The notes below the pieces were generated by a model. The model did no database searches and was not told the origin of the DNA. It worked only from the letters and a program-made list of their open reading frames with translations. A stretch of 33,501 bases of DNA from Candidatus Thorarchaeota archaeon (GTDB lineage Archaea; Asgardarchaeota; Thorarchaeia; Thorarchaeales; Thorarchaeaceae): assembly GCA_048882485.1 (NCBI GenBank), contig JBHLRP010000034.1, positions 1 to 33,501 on the forward strand, given 5' to 3'. Both the position numbers and the translations under genes were made by a program. Shown here one piece after another: positions 9,194 to 18,443 of the stretch (its first letter is position 1; each line of letters begins with the position of its first letter).

Positions 9194-11719
9194 TTGCGCA
9201 ATGGTATTGAGATAGAGTCTATGGAAGCCAACACGATGTCACGCAGAAGCAATCTGCGTGATCACATCAGAGCGATTTTGTGTGCAAATCCCAGTGGAAT
9301 CTCAATCTCTGATGTTGCTCGAAAAGCCAATGTAAGCAGAAACACCGCTGCAAAGTATCTAGGCATTCTCTTGGCTTCTGGGGAAGTCGAAGTGAATGCC
9401 ATCGGATCTGCTAAGGTTTATTCAATCTCAGGTCGCATGCCACTATCATCTATCTTGAATTCGACATCTGATAATATTGCAGTGATGGACCAACATCTCA
9501 GGGTTGTGCGCGCGAATGGAAACTTCCTCAGACTCCTCAATATGGACCAAGATGAACTCATTGGGCGGTCTGCCACTGAGGTTGCCTCATCGTTCCGGTC
9601 CTCTAGTGATGCCACTGAAATTCTCGACGAAGTCCTTGTCAAGCTGGATAATGCATTGGAGGGAAAGCACGTAGTCCATGAATTGAGTGCAGAAATCGAT
9701 GGGAAAGAAAAGCATTTCTCTATGAAACTGGTTCCCACAAAATTTGAGAATGGAGAATATGGTGTGACAGCCATCTTTGAGGACACCACAGAGAGAAAAC
9801 TGGCCCAGAACGCAGCAGTTCATCAACGTGACTTTCTCGAAAAAGTGATTGAGTCTCTGATTCATCCGTTCTATGTCATAGATGTTCATAATCACCGTGT
9901 CAAGATTGCAAACAAATCGGCGAATTTTGGTCCTTTGACGGAAGATTCCAAGTGCTACTATCTCACCCACTGGAGGGACAAGCCATGCACTGGATTGGAT
10001 CACCCCTGTCCGCTGAATGAGGTCAAGAGAACGAAGAAGCCCGTCATTGTGGAACACGCTCATTATGACATTGAGAGCGGCAGAGTGAGGTTCTTTGAGG
10101 TGCATGGCATTCCAATCTTTGATAGTAGAGAAAATGTAGTTCAGATGATAGAGTACAATCTGGACATTACTGAACACAAGATTGCAGAACAAAAGGTCAG
10201 GAGCGGAGAGGTGACATTCCAGAGCTTCATTGAACAGTCAACCGATGGAATTGTCCTTGCTGATGAAAATGGACTAGTTGTTGAATGGAATGCTGTTCTG
10301 GAACACATCACAGGTATGACTCGTTCCCAGGCCATAGGGCAGTATATCTGGGAGGTCATTGTCAATTACATGTCGCCCGAAAAAAAGAGCCAAGAAACAG
10401 CGCAGAGGATTAGAAATTGGATTATAACAGCATTAGAGAATGGAGAAGTCCCTCTCGCCAAATCACCCTATACTTTTGATGTGGTGCTCCCCGATGGAGA
10501 TATTCGTGTGATTCAGGTTTCCATGTTCCCTATCAACACTGACACTGGTTATATGTTGGGATCCATACTTCGTGATGTCACTGACCGGCATCGGGCAGTA
10601 ACTGAGATTCGGCGGTCAGAAAAGAAGTATAGAACACTGTATGAGAACATGCCGGATGGTTTTGTCCGGTGTGACCTAGATGGCAAGTTCTTGGAATTTA
10701 ATAAGTCGTATCTAGAGATTGTCGGATACAGTTCTGACGAGCTTCAAGAACTAACATTCTGGGATATCTCGCCTGTAAAATGGCATGAAATGGAACAGAG
10801 GGTGATAAGCGAGCAAATCTTGCCCTACGGATACTGCGATGTCTTTGAGAAGGAGTATGAGAAGAAGGACGGTTCTGTGGCTTCTGTGGAGGTGAGAATA
10901 CATGCCGAACTGGATGATGAGGGACAGATGATTGGCACCTGGGCTCTTGTACGTGACATCACGAAACGTAAGCACGTTGAAACGGAACTGGAGAAGAGTA
11001 AGAACAAATATCGACACCTTTTCAACTCAAGTCGTGACGGCATTGTATTCACAACGATGGAGGGTTTCTTTATGGAAGCCAATCCTGCATTTATCGAAAT
11101 GACGGGTTATGACATGGCAGAGCTGAGATCCCTGACATACCATCAGCTGACGCCTGAACATTGGTTGAAGAATGAAGCCAAGATACACGAAGCTCAGGTC
11201 ATGAAGAGAGGGTATTCTGATGAGTATGAGAAGGAGTACATTCGAAAAGACGGTACAGCTTTCCTCGCTATGATTCGGACATGGCTGCTAAGAGATGATG
11301 AAGACAATCCAGTGGGAGTCGTTGCCATGATTCGCGACATAACTGAGAGAAAGAAGGTCAGAGAAGCTCTGAGAGACAGCGAAGAGCAATATCAATTGAC
11401 TCTCAACTCGATAAGTGACGCATTGTTTGTGGTTGACGATGAGCTTCGAATTGTTCTGACCAATCAAGCATTTGAACGGTGGTGTGGAACCATTGGTGTC
11501 AATGAGAAGGTTATTGGAATGGAGATATATGAGGCATTTCCCTTCTTCCAAATGAAGCTCATCAGTGATTATCAACATATACTCAAGACTGGCGAAGTCC
11601 TGCATACATCGAATTCGATTGTCGTGGCGGGAATTGAACACCTTACGGAGATGTCGAAAATACCAATCTTCAGAACAGGCTCGGTGGCACAGGTTCTTAC
11701 AATCGTCAAGAATACATAG
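9194..11719 (+). CDS. Winged-HTH plus 6xPAS one-component regulator
   Basis: ISISDVARKANVSRNTAAKYL HTH followed by six PAS/PAC units; no kinase domain. True start may be ATG 9221 or 9236. Confidence 0.88.
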   Translation: MRNGIEIESMEANTMSRRSNLRDHIRAILCANPSGISISDVARKANVSRNTAAKYLGILLASGEVEVNAIGSAKVYSISGRMPLSSILNSTSDNIAVMDQHLRVVRANGNFLRLLNMDQDELIGRSATEVASSFRSSSDATEILDEVLVKLDNALEGKHVVHELSAEIDGKEKHFSMKLVPTKFENGEYGVTAIFEDTTERKLAQNAAVHQRDFLEKVIESLIHPFYVIDVHNHRVKIANKSANFGPLTEDSKCYYLTHWRDKPCTGLDHPCPLNEVKRTKKPVIVEHAHYDIESGRVRFFEVHGIPIFDSRENVVQMIEYNLDITEHKIAEQKVRSGEVTFQSFIEQSTDGIVLADENGLVVEWNAVLEHITGMTRSQAIGQYIWEVIVNYMSPEKKSQETAQRIRNWIITALENGEVPLAKSPYTFDVVLPDGDIRVIQVSMFPINTDTGYMLGSILRDVTDRHRAVTEIRRSEKKYRTLYENMPDGFVRCDLDGKFLEFNKSYLEIVGYSSDELQELTFWDISPVKWHEMEQRVISEQILPYGYCDVFEKEYEKKDGSVASVEVRIHAELDDEGQMIGTWALVRDITKRKHVETELEKSKNKYRHLFNSSRDGIVFTTMEGFFMEANPAFIEMTGYDMAELRSLTYHQLTPEHWLKNEAKIHEAQVMKRGYSDEYEKEYIRKDGTAFLAMIRTWLLRDDEDNPVGVVAMIRDITERKKVREALRDSEEQYQLTLNSISDALFVVDDELRIVLTNQAFERWCGTIGVNEKVIGMEIYEAFPFFQMKLISDYQHILKTGEVLHTSNSIVVAGIEHLTEMSKIPIFRTGSVAQVLTIVKNT

Positions 11720-11771
11720 GAAAATGGCACCTCTGCTTCATCATGATTCCATTGTTGTCGCAGCAGAATTG

Positions 11772-12277
11772 GTGGTGCCGCGTGGTCCGCCATAATCCAG
11801 CTTATTTTACAGCTAAGGATAGCCCCAGATGCGGAATTGCCTTTGATGCAGAGATGAGGGGGTGCTATAGTTCATCAGTGAACCCCAGACGTGAAAAGAC
11901 ATGCGGCAACTATTGGTTGATGGGTGCGTACCAAGGGCAGAGGAAGCCCACTGTACACCAACCAGCGGGGTAGTCGACTGTGACAATTGCGTTTCTAATG
12001 GCAACGTTCTCTCCTCAGCGTTCTCGGAGTGCCGTTACCACGCGGCTGGTTACAGACAGTTCCCAGCTTGATAATCAATGTTTCGTCTTGAAACAACTGG
12101 GATTGCCTGCTCAAAGCATTGTGATTATTCTCAGAGTAATTCCTGTCTTGTTGGTGACTTCAAAAGGCACTGACGAGGAACACTACCGAACAGATGAAAC
12201 CCTCAATCCTATTCCGAACAGCCGATGAGCAGCTCAGCAGGACCTTCCTGTCCACAGGAAACAATCCCCCAGACAGA
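11772..12277 (+). repeat. Direct repeat copy 2 (includes iRadA 5' remnant from ATG 12194)
   Basis: Aligns with 2225-2712 with an 18-nt insertion near 12130. The 3' end translates MKPSILFRTADEQLSRTFLSTG. Confidence 0.9.
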
Positions 12278-12393
12278 AATATGGATTGCTTCTTCCCATC
12301 CACAGGTCTTCGAAATCTAGCCATTGCCTCACTTGAATAGGATTCCTTTTAGGATGGAATATAGATGATGTCTAGTAGCAGCGGCCTTGGAGA

Positions 12394-13317
12394 TTAATTA
12401 GATTCTATGTCTTTGACCATAACTTGCAGACCTTGAAATCCATCTGGAGGTTCAATCAAATAGAGAAAAGCGGGCCAGAATAATAGGCCGAAGGCAAACT
12501 CAAGTTCCTGAATGAAAACATGAAGTAATGCAATTCCAAGAATATAGACTGCAATGCAAAAGATGGCGATATATAGAACTCTCCTATCCCATTGATCCTC
12601 AATCTCAATCTTATTTTCTCCGAATGTTTTGGAGAGTTTTTCTATCTTGATCGGATAGGACTTGGATTGATGATGAATAGATAACACGGGAAGGCACATG
12701 AGAATCACCACGTATCCAGGCAGTAGATTCGGTTCTTGAGTAAATAGCAAGGGGATTGCCATGAGAACAGCTGGGATTAATCCCCACGAAGATACAAACA
12801 AGTATGTTGGTTCGGAGATATACCTTCCAATGTTAACTTGCACCTCTACGGAACGACTTTCCTTGCATAACCACTCCCACACATCAAATCGAGTTGTGCT
12901 CCCTACTCCACTTACAGAGAGCATCGTACCAACCAAGAGTGCGGCAAACGATATACCTTCATTAACTCCTCTAAAGTAACCATAGATAGCATAGAATGGA
13001 ACACTCAATGCAATTGGGAGAAACCACTGGAAGGATTTCACAAGCCAAACACGGATTTCTATTGCATGAAGGACTCTAGCAATTCGATAGGATAACCAAA
13101 AGAACGTAAGCAGGATGAATGATAATAAGCCAAAGACAGCCCTCATCTCTAGCCACGCCAGTGCAAGAACTCCAAATCCAATTGTTGTCACCGTGGACAG
13201 CGTCCCTACACCCTCATCAAGAGAAAATAATCTATCCTTATTGACAGTTGACCTCAGGAAATTCCTTAACGCCATCTTTGATTCGAACATGTTTCTTCGT
13301 ACTCCTTCATTTGTCAA
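12394..13317 (-). CDS. Hypothetical multi-pass membrane protein
   Basis: 307-aa ORF with about 8 hydrophobic segments; no recognisable motif. Confidence 0.7.
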   Translation of the reverse strand: MTNEGVRRNMFESKMALRNFLRSTVNKDRLFSLDEGVGTLSTVTTIGFGVLALAWLEMRAVFGLLSFILLTFFWLSYRIARVLHAIEIRVWLVKSFQWFLPIALSVPFYAIYGYFRGVNEGISFAALLVGTMLSVSGVGSTTRFDVWEWLCKESRSVEVQVNIGRYISEPTYLFVSSWGLIPAVLMAIPLLFTQEPNLLPGYVVILMCLPVLSIHHQSKSYPIKIEKLSKTFGENKIEIEDQWDRRVLYIAIFCIAVYILGIALLHVFIQELEFAFGLLFWPAFLYLIEPPDGFQGLQVMVKDIESN

Positions 13318-13463
13318 CTGAGTGACACATCACATCAGTCTTTTTCTAAGCATTTAAGAGCGTTAATCTCATCAACTCTCTTCAATGACCAAAAATGTAC
13401 AATTGATTGGCTCCTTGCATTTGGGTGGTTCAAAAGGCAGGGACGGGGAACACTTCCGAACAG

Positions 13464-14206
13464 ATGATACCCTCGACCGTATTCCGAACAGCCGATGAGC
13501 TGTCACACAGGACTCTCACACCTATAAGAGACGAAACCCTCGACAGGCTGCTGGGTGGAGGGCTAGAGCTGGGGATGTGTCATCTGTTCTAAGGGGACAG
13601 GATACTCCATGAGGACCTCCTGAGGATGGCTGTGGCTGCGCAGCTACCGAGGGCGAAGGGAGGTCTGGGCAGTCCGTCTATGTTCATCGACTCGGCAAAC
13701 ATGATGAGAGTTGACAAGATTGCAGACATTGCATTCGAGTTGGACCTGTTTCCCGAAGTGGTGAGCGATCATATATTCATCAGTCGTGCCTTCAATGCCT
13801 CACAGACCCATGAACTTGTCGTCAATCAACTGGAAGAGTTTTTCGACACTGTTCCCGCGCGCCTATTGTTCGTGCCTGGACTTGCAGAATCTACATCAGT
13901 GAAGGGCTGACTGCAGAGGGGACGCAACAGATAACTCACATGGCCCATCTCTTGATGACCTTCAGCCTGAAGCGGGAGATTGCAACCGTCATCTCGGCCG
14001 GGTGTTCTCCAAGAAACAAGCTCTATGCTGCTGGTGGAAGAGCACTGGCTTTTTGTTGTCAGATCCATATCCATGTGGAACAGACACCTATGCGTATTCA
14101 CTATACATCGGTGAAGCATCCGTTGTATCAAGTGAGGAGGGAATCCAAAGGGAAAAAGGTAGACTTCGCAACGACATTGCCCTTAGAGAGTTTCGTGGAT
14201 GAGTAG
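13464..14206 (+). pseudogene. Inactive RadA-like ATPase (iRadA, PolB2-operon type) pseudogene
   Basis: LDRLLGGGLE, AQLPRAKGGLG, FIDSAN and IFISRAFN are RadA motifs. In-frame TAA at 13590-13592 and a frameshift near 13888 (continues IYISEGL...THMAHLL). Walker A has no GKT (LF*GDRILHE). Confidence 0.85.
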
Positions 14207-14317
14207 GTGGATGATGTCCATGATAGCGTCCCACAGCCTGAAGAGGACGAACCCACGCCCCCTGTCAACGATGAACTGACCTTACTCGATTACTTCGAGA
14301 GTGGGATTGACGAGTAG
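14207..14317 (+). other. 36-codon acidic segment with PIP-box-like motif, in frame directly after the iRadA stop
   Basis: VDDVHDSVPQPEEDEPTPPVNDELTLLDYFESGIDE*; ELTLLDYF fits the QxxLxxFF pattern with Q replaced by E. Confidence 0.5.
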
Positions 14318-14457
14318 CCAGCTATTACCACGGTTAACTTCGAGGGGTACCACTTGTGCTCAAGGTTTTCCGCTCAGACTGTGTTAAATGCCGCATGAGG
14401 ACTCATTTCAATTGCAGTGAACCAATGACCATTAATCATCTAGTTTCTCCCTCCTAG

Positions 14458-16218
14458 CTAGAATTGTTGCATGAAAGTGAAATCACTACCTTTTAGCCAT
14501 CCGAGATTCAAAGGCAGCTGATGCTTTTTCTTTATCCTTTTCAAATATTGAATGTCATCATCTGTTGGTTCAGATTCTATTAGAATAATCCAATTATCAG
14601 CAGGTTTCCGCCCCTCATAGTAGTTGTACTCGAGAACTTGTCCAATGGCTTCTCTTATTGCATATTTAGTGGAAACCTTGTAGACAATTTTAATTTCCAC
14701 CATATACGTGATGCGGTCATCTTGAAAAGTCACATCAATCTGATCCTTCTCAACCCTAATTCTATCATAGCCCTCATTGGCCAACCATTTCGCAAACTTG
14801 CGAGATAAACGTCTATGACGTGGCTGAATTACTTTCATCATTTTTCGCGTGGCACGAAGATAATCTGATGCTTCTGGCGGTATTTCGCTTTCTGGTTCAG
14901 AATCTGAATCGACGTCTTTCAGAGGCTTTGCAGTTTTCTTTTTCATGAATGAGGTTAATTCACTTGGTTCTAATTCATTGAGAAGGGTTAGATATAGGGG
15001 ATACAAAAGCTCAAGAATCGATTTTACTCTTTCAGGAAGAAGTGGAGCACGTAGAATATCATCTGGAGGCAGTCTGGCTTCATTGAAAGATGCCCAACCT
15101 GAATTATCTTGATAAATTGACCCTAATTCAAGTATCTCATTGATGGTGGAACGTGGAGTTTCGTAAGAGTATTCCTTCCCTGACTGGTACCAAAATGCGT
15201 CTAGATTCTTGAGGATATCTAGAATTGACAGAGGTTCTTTGATGCAGACATCTGCTAGTCTTTGATGCTCAATATTGCACTCACTGGGTATTTCAATTCC
15301 GACAGTGAATTTGTCATTATAGATTCCGAAATTAAGTTGGGGATTCTTGTGATACGGTTCGTCAAACGTAAAAGCAGCCCAGATTCCATTTACTCTTCCC
15401 CGCGATAATTTGCATTTGCTAATGTTCAGAATAAATCGAGAATCCATAGACAACACATAAGGTTCCACCTCAAAAGCAAGTTTCTCTATTTTCTCTCGGA
15501 CTTCACATCTCTCATCATCATACTGTTTGTCCCTATGTTTATGCATTTCAAAAGCTTCGAAGTCAGAATCTTTGAACCCTTCAAATTGAGGCGAAATGAT
15601 TTTTGTTAATCCGGATGCTGTTGGTAATACGTCATGAGCCACATGTGAAATGAATTCGTCAGTGATGCCAAAGTCTGCAAATCCTCCTAAATCCCTCAAT
15701 GCCTTTATTGCAGAGGTTATACGAATGTATCTCTCTCCCAGTGACTCACCGCGAATTGTTGGAGGTATAAGTCCAATTTTATGTAAGCCTTTTTCTACTG
15801 CTGAATTCCAAATTGCACAGGTATCAGGATATATGACATTTAAAATGGTGGAGATGAAATCTTTTCCTGCATTACTGAGCTTATACTTGCCTTCACTTGA
15901 AACAGTTTCTGAGAGTCTTTTAGATAAATCATCTTCACCATATAAGATATAATAAAGAGATTCTCTAATCTGATTAATACCGTTTGATCTAAATTCTTCT
16001 GGTTTTCGGGATCTACCAGTTCGAAGTTTACTAAATACTTCCATGGCTTCTTCAATTAATAGTGTAGAGATTCTTGCTTTTGCAATCAACTCAGGGATCT
16101 TTCCTACACGTTGATTCCACCATATTGGACGCCATTCTTCATAGCTTAAGCCATTGTAATCACTTTGCGGGGTCCTGAACTCTTCAATTAGCTGATCTAG
16201 TATGTCCTGTGCTATCAC
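14458..16218 (-). CDS. Multi-domain restriction endonuclease-like protein (C-terminal PD-(D/E)xK)
   Basis: C-terminal IDVTF...MVEIK...AIREAIGQVLEY nuclease motifs. Central FEGFKDSDFEAF resembles a DUF1054/DUF2461-like start. AT-rich. Confidence 0.75.
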   Translation of the reverse strand: MIAQDILDQLIEEFRTPQSDYNGLSYEEWRPIWWNQRVGKIPELIAKARISTLLIEEAMEVFSKLRTGRSRKPEEFRSNGINQIRESLYYILYGEDDLSKRLSETVSSEGKYKLSNAGKDFISTILNVIYPDTCAIWNSAVEKGLHKIGLIPPTIRGESLGERYIRITSAIKALRDLGGFADFGITDEFISHVAHDVLPTASGLTKIISPQFEGFKDSDFEAFEMHKHRDKQYDDERCEVREKIEKLAFEVEPYVLSMDSRFILNISKCKLSRGRVNGIWAAFTFDEPYHKNPQLNFGIYNDKFTVGIEIPSECNIEHQRLADVCIKEPLSILDILKNLDAFWYQSGKEYSYETPRSTINEILELGSIYQDNSGWASFNEARLPPDDILRAPLLPERVKSILELLYPLYLTLLNELEPSELTSFMKKKTAKPLKDVDSDSEPESEIPPEASDYLRATRKMMKVIQPRHRRLSRKFAKWLANEGYDRIRVEKDQIDVTFQDDRITYMVEIKIVYKVSTKYAIREAIGQVLEYNYYEGRKPADNWIILIESEPTDDDIQYLKRIKKKHQLPLNLGWLKGSDFTFMQQF

Positions 16219-17067
16219 AATTACTAACTCCCATTGGGGGGTACAGTTGATGTAGAAGTATATGTTTGAATTGGTTATGAAGGAGTTTCATATTATTCAT
16301 ACTCCAAACACAGTTCGAATTCGCTCTTTTGTTACTACTCCGTCATCCATCAGTAGCACCATGAAACCAGATGTTCCTAAGTCAAATTCCTTTGGATGTC
16401 AATGGCTATGATCAAGTATTCGAAGAAGGTCCTCTGCCCTAAACATCACAACACCATGATATCAATTTCGAGTTTCATCCCATTGAACTCACCGAATCCT
16501 CCTCATGGAATACTGACTCCGAGAGAGAAGACGTTACGCAGCAAACAACCTTCATGACGGTCAATTCATCTCTCTGAGCTTATTTCTCTGTTAGACATCA
16601 TTTCCCAAAGGAGAGAACAAAAAACAGATGAGATTGTCTTGAAGGGACTTGCAATAGAATTGGTATATCACTCACATAACCTTGATGAAGGACAACTCAT
16701 CAAAAGGCAAAAGGCTGAGAGGGATATCAATCCGCCTCGCTAACGAGATTGATTCTCAATTCTGATGACATATCAGAAACCTATATGTTTCTGTCCCTTA
16801 CGACCCTCCTTTAAAGGAACATGGGTCACTGTGGCTAATTGATGTGGCTGAGTAGTATGCCTGTGGGAACATTGGATCTTGGATGAGAAAGATTCAATCA
16901 AGGAGAGTCTGGAGTCACAATGTGCAAATCCTTTTTTCATTCCCTGAATAGAGTATCCATATCAGGTGACCAGTCCAAAATCTCCAAGAGGGTTGACAAT
17001 AGAGCGGTAGTCAGGCAATGAAGAGGAGAATCTTCAATCTGTGTTACAACAACAAGAGGTGTGTGCC

Positions 17068-17958
17068 GTGTCAGAAAAGAAACAGCCATCATCGAAAAAA
17101 AAACCGGAAGCAGGTATTACAGCAAGCAAGGTGAAGAAGGCCTTGAAGATTCAGGGATTTCCTCTGGAAGTTGAAGTGTACAAATTGTTCCTAGACAATG
17201 ATTGGGATGCAGAACTCGAAGCAAGTTTCCGAACACTGACCCAGAATCCTGGTCAAGAAGCCAGAGAATGGATGAAAATGCTGGCAAGACGTAGTGATGA
17301 ACCTCCAATGAGATTCATTGATGTTACGGCTGAGAAGTGGGTAAGAGGCAAGAAGATTGGCGTTACTATAGAGTGCAAGAGTCACCAGACCATTCCATGG
17401 GTGTTCTATGAGGAGGAAAAAATGCAATTCATGGAAGACTATTCGATTGGAGAAAGATCATCGATTTCAAAACTATCAAGAACTGCGTCGAATTTTGAAT
17501 CGAAGCGGAAGGAGATTAGGAAATGTAGCCATCATACAGCCTTGAAGCATCCCAAGATTGCTAGAGCTGGACACGTCGTACCTTTAGCGAGAGGTGCCCA
17601 GGATGCAAGGGATAGTCTATACGAAGCTTGCAGTACAGTAATTGATGCTTTGGAATACAACTTTGGTTTGAACGCATCAACAATGGAAAGGGTGCTAAGA
17701 AGAGAAACGAGAAACGAAAATGATGTAATGAACCACTATTGGAGATGGTACCCGGTTGTTGTCTTTGGAGGGAGTATGTTCTCAATTAATGTCAAGAAGA
17801 AGGGAGATTTCAATGTCAAGCCAGCAAATTATATTCAATATTCATTCAAGACGGGGGCAAGGGAATACCTCGTAGATATCGTTCAGCGAAGGTTTTTGAA
17901 AAGCTATATCAAAATACTTGAAACGGAATTGGATTGCATTGATAGCATTCAGCTGTAA
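17068..17958 (+). CDS. PD-(D/E)xK restriction endonuclease-like protein
   Basis: GFPLE...FIDVTA...IECK...PWVF...PVVVF pattern. GTG start at 17068 preceded by GAGGTG. Confidence 0.7.
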   Translation: MSEKKQPSSKKKPEAGITASKVKKALKIQGFPLEVEVYKLFLDNDWDAELEASFRTLTQNPGQEAREWMKMLARRSDEPPMRFIDVTAEKWVRGKKIGVTIECKSHQTIPWVFYEEEKMQFMEDYSIGERSSISKLSRTASNFESKRKEIRKCSHHTALKHPKIARAGHVVPLARGAQDARDSLYEACSTVIDALEYNFGLNASTMERVLRRETRNENDVMNHYWRWYPVVVFGGSMFSINVKKKGDFNVKPANYIQYSFKTGAREYLVDIVQRRFLKSYIKILETELDCIDSIQL

Positions 17959-17961
17959 GCC

Positions 17962-18219
17962 TCAATCCTTGGGTAGTTCCCAACTCTCGACTCCAGTTCC
18001 TTCTAGCAGAATATGGATCCTAGTTATATTACGTATCGGGATTAAGGTATCGTAGACGTTTTTTCCTTCTTCCTTACCCATTGCTAGATAGTCCTCACCA
18101 ACATGAATGATGAAGCCCGTGTATTCAAGTTCATCTGCACCAGTGTAAATATCAACCTCACAACGATCATCAGACCAGTCATTTAGGATGTCGATAAGGG
18201 ATTTGGGAATTCGTACCAT
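17962..18219 (-). CDS. Small Sm/Hfq-like fold protein (85 aa)
   Basis: Helix followed by VDIYTG...YTGFIIHVGEDYLAM...TLIPIRNITRI strand pattern. The longer 173-aa ORF call overlaps the next gene and is unlikely. Confidence 0.55.
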   Translation of the reverse strand: MVRIPKSLIDILNDWSDDRCEVDIYTGADELEYTGFIIHVGEDYLAMGKEEGKNVYDTLIPIRNITRIHILLEGTGVESWELPKD

Positions 18220-18443
18220 CTTGTAGCAATAATCTTTGTACGTTGTCTTAAATAAACTGGCGGTTGCAGTATGAGATGTAAGCCTGGAGCATATTTGACC
18301 AAGGCAATTTAGACGTTCAAAGAAGGACAGCCTAGCTAGTTCTTCACTATCACAACATTCTTGGTGGTGAACTGACAGTGACGTGTCTTTTGAAAGAACC
18401 TTGATATGAGAACTGGGTAATTCCCTGAACCATTGGGATATCG

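Noticed and set aside
16260-17040. Possible decayed gene(s)
   Set aside because: The frames examined contain multiple stops and no recognisable motif.
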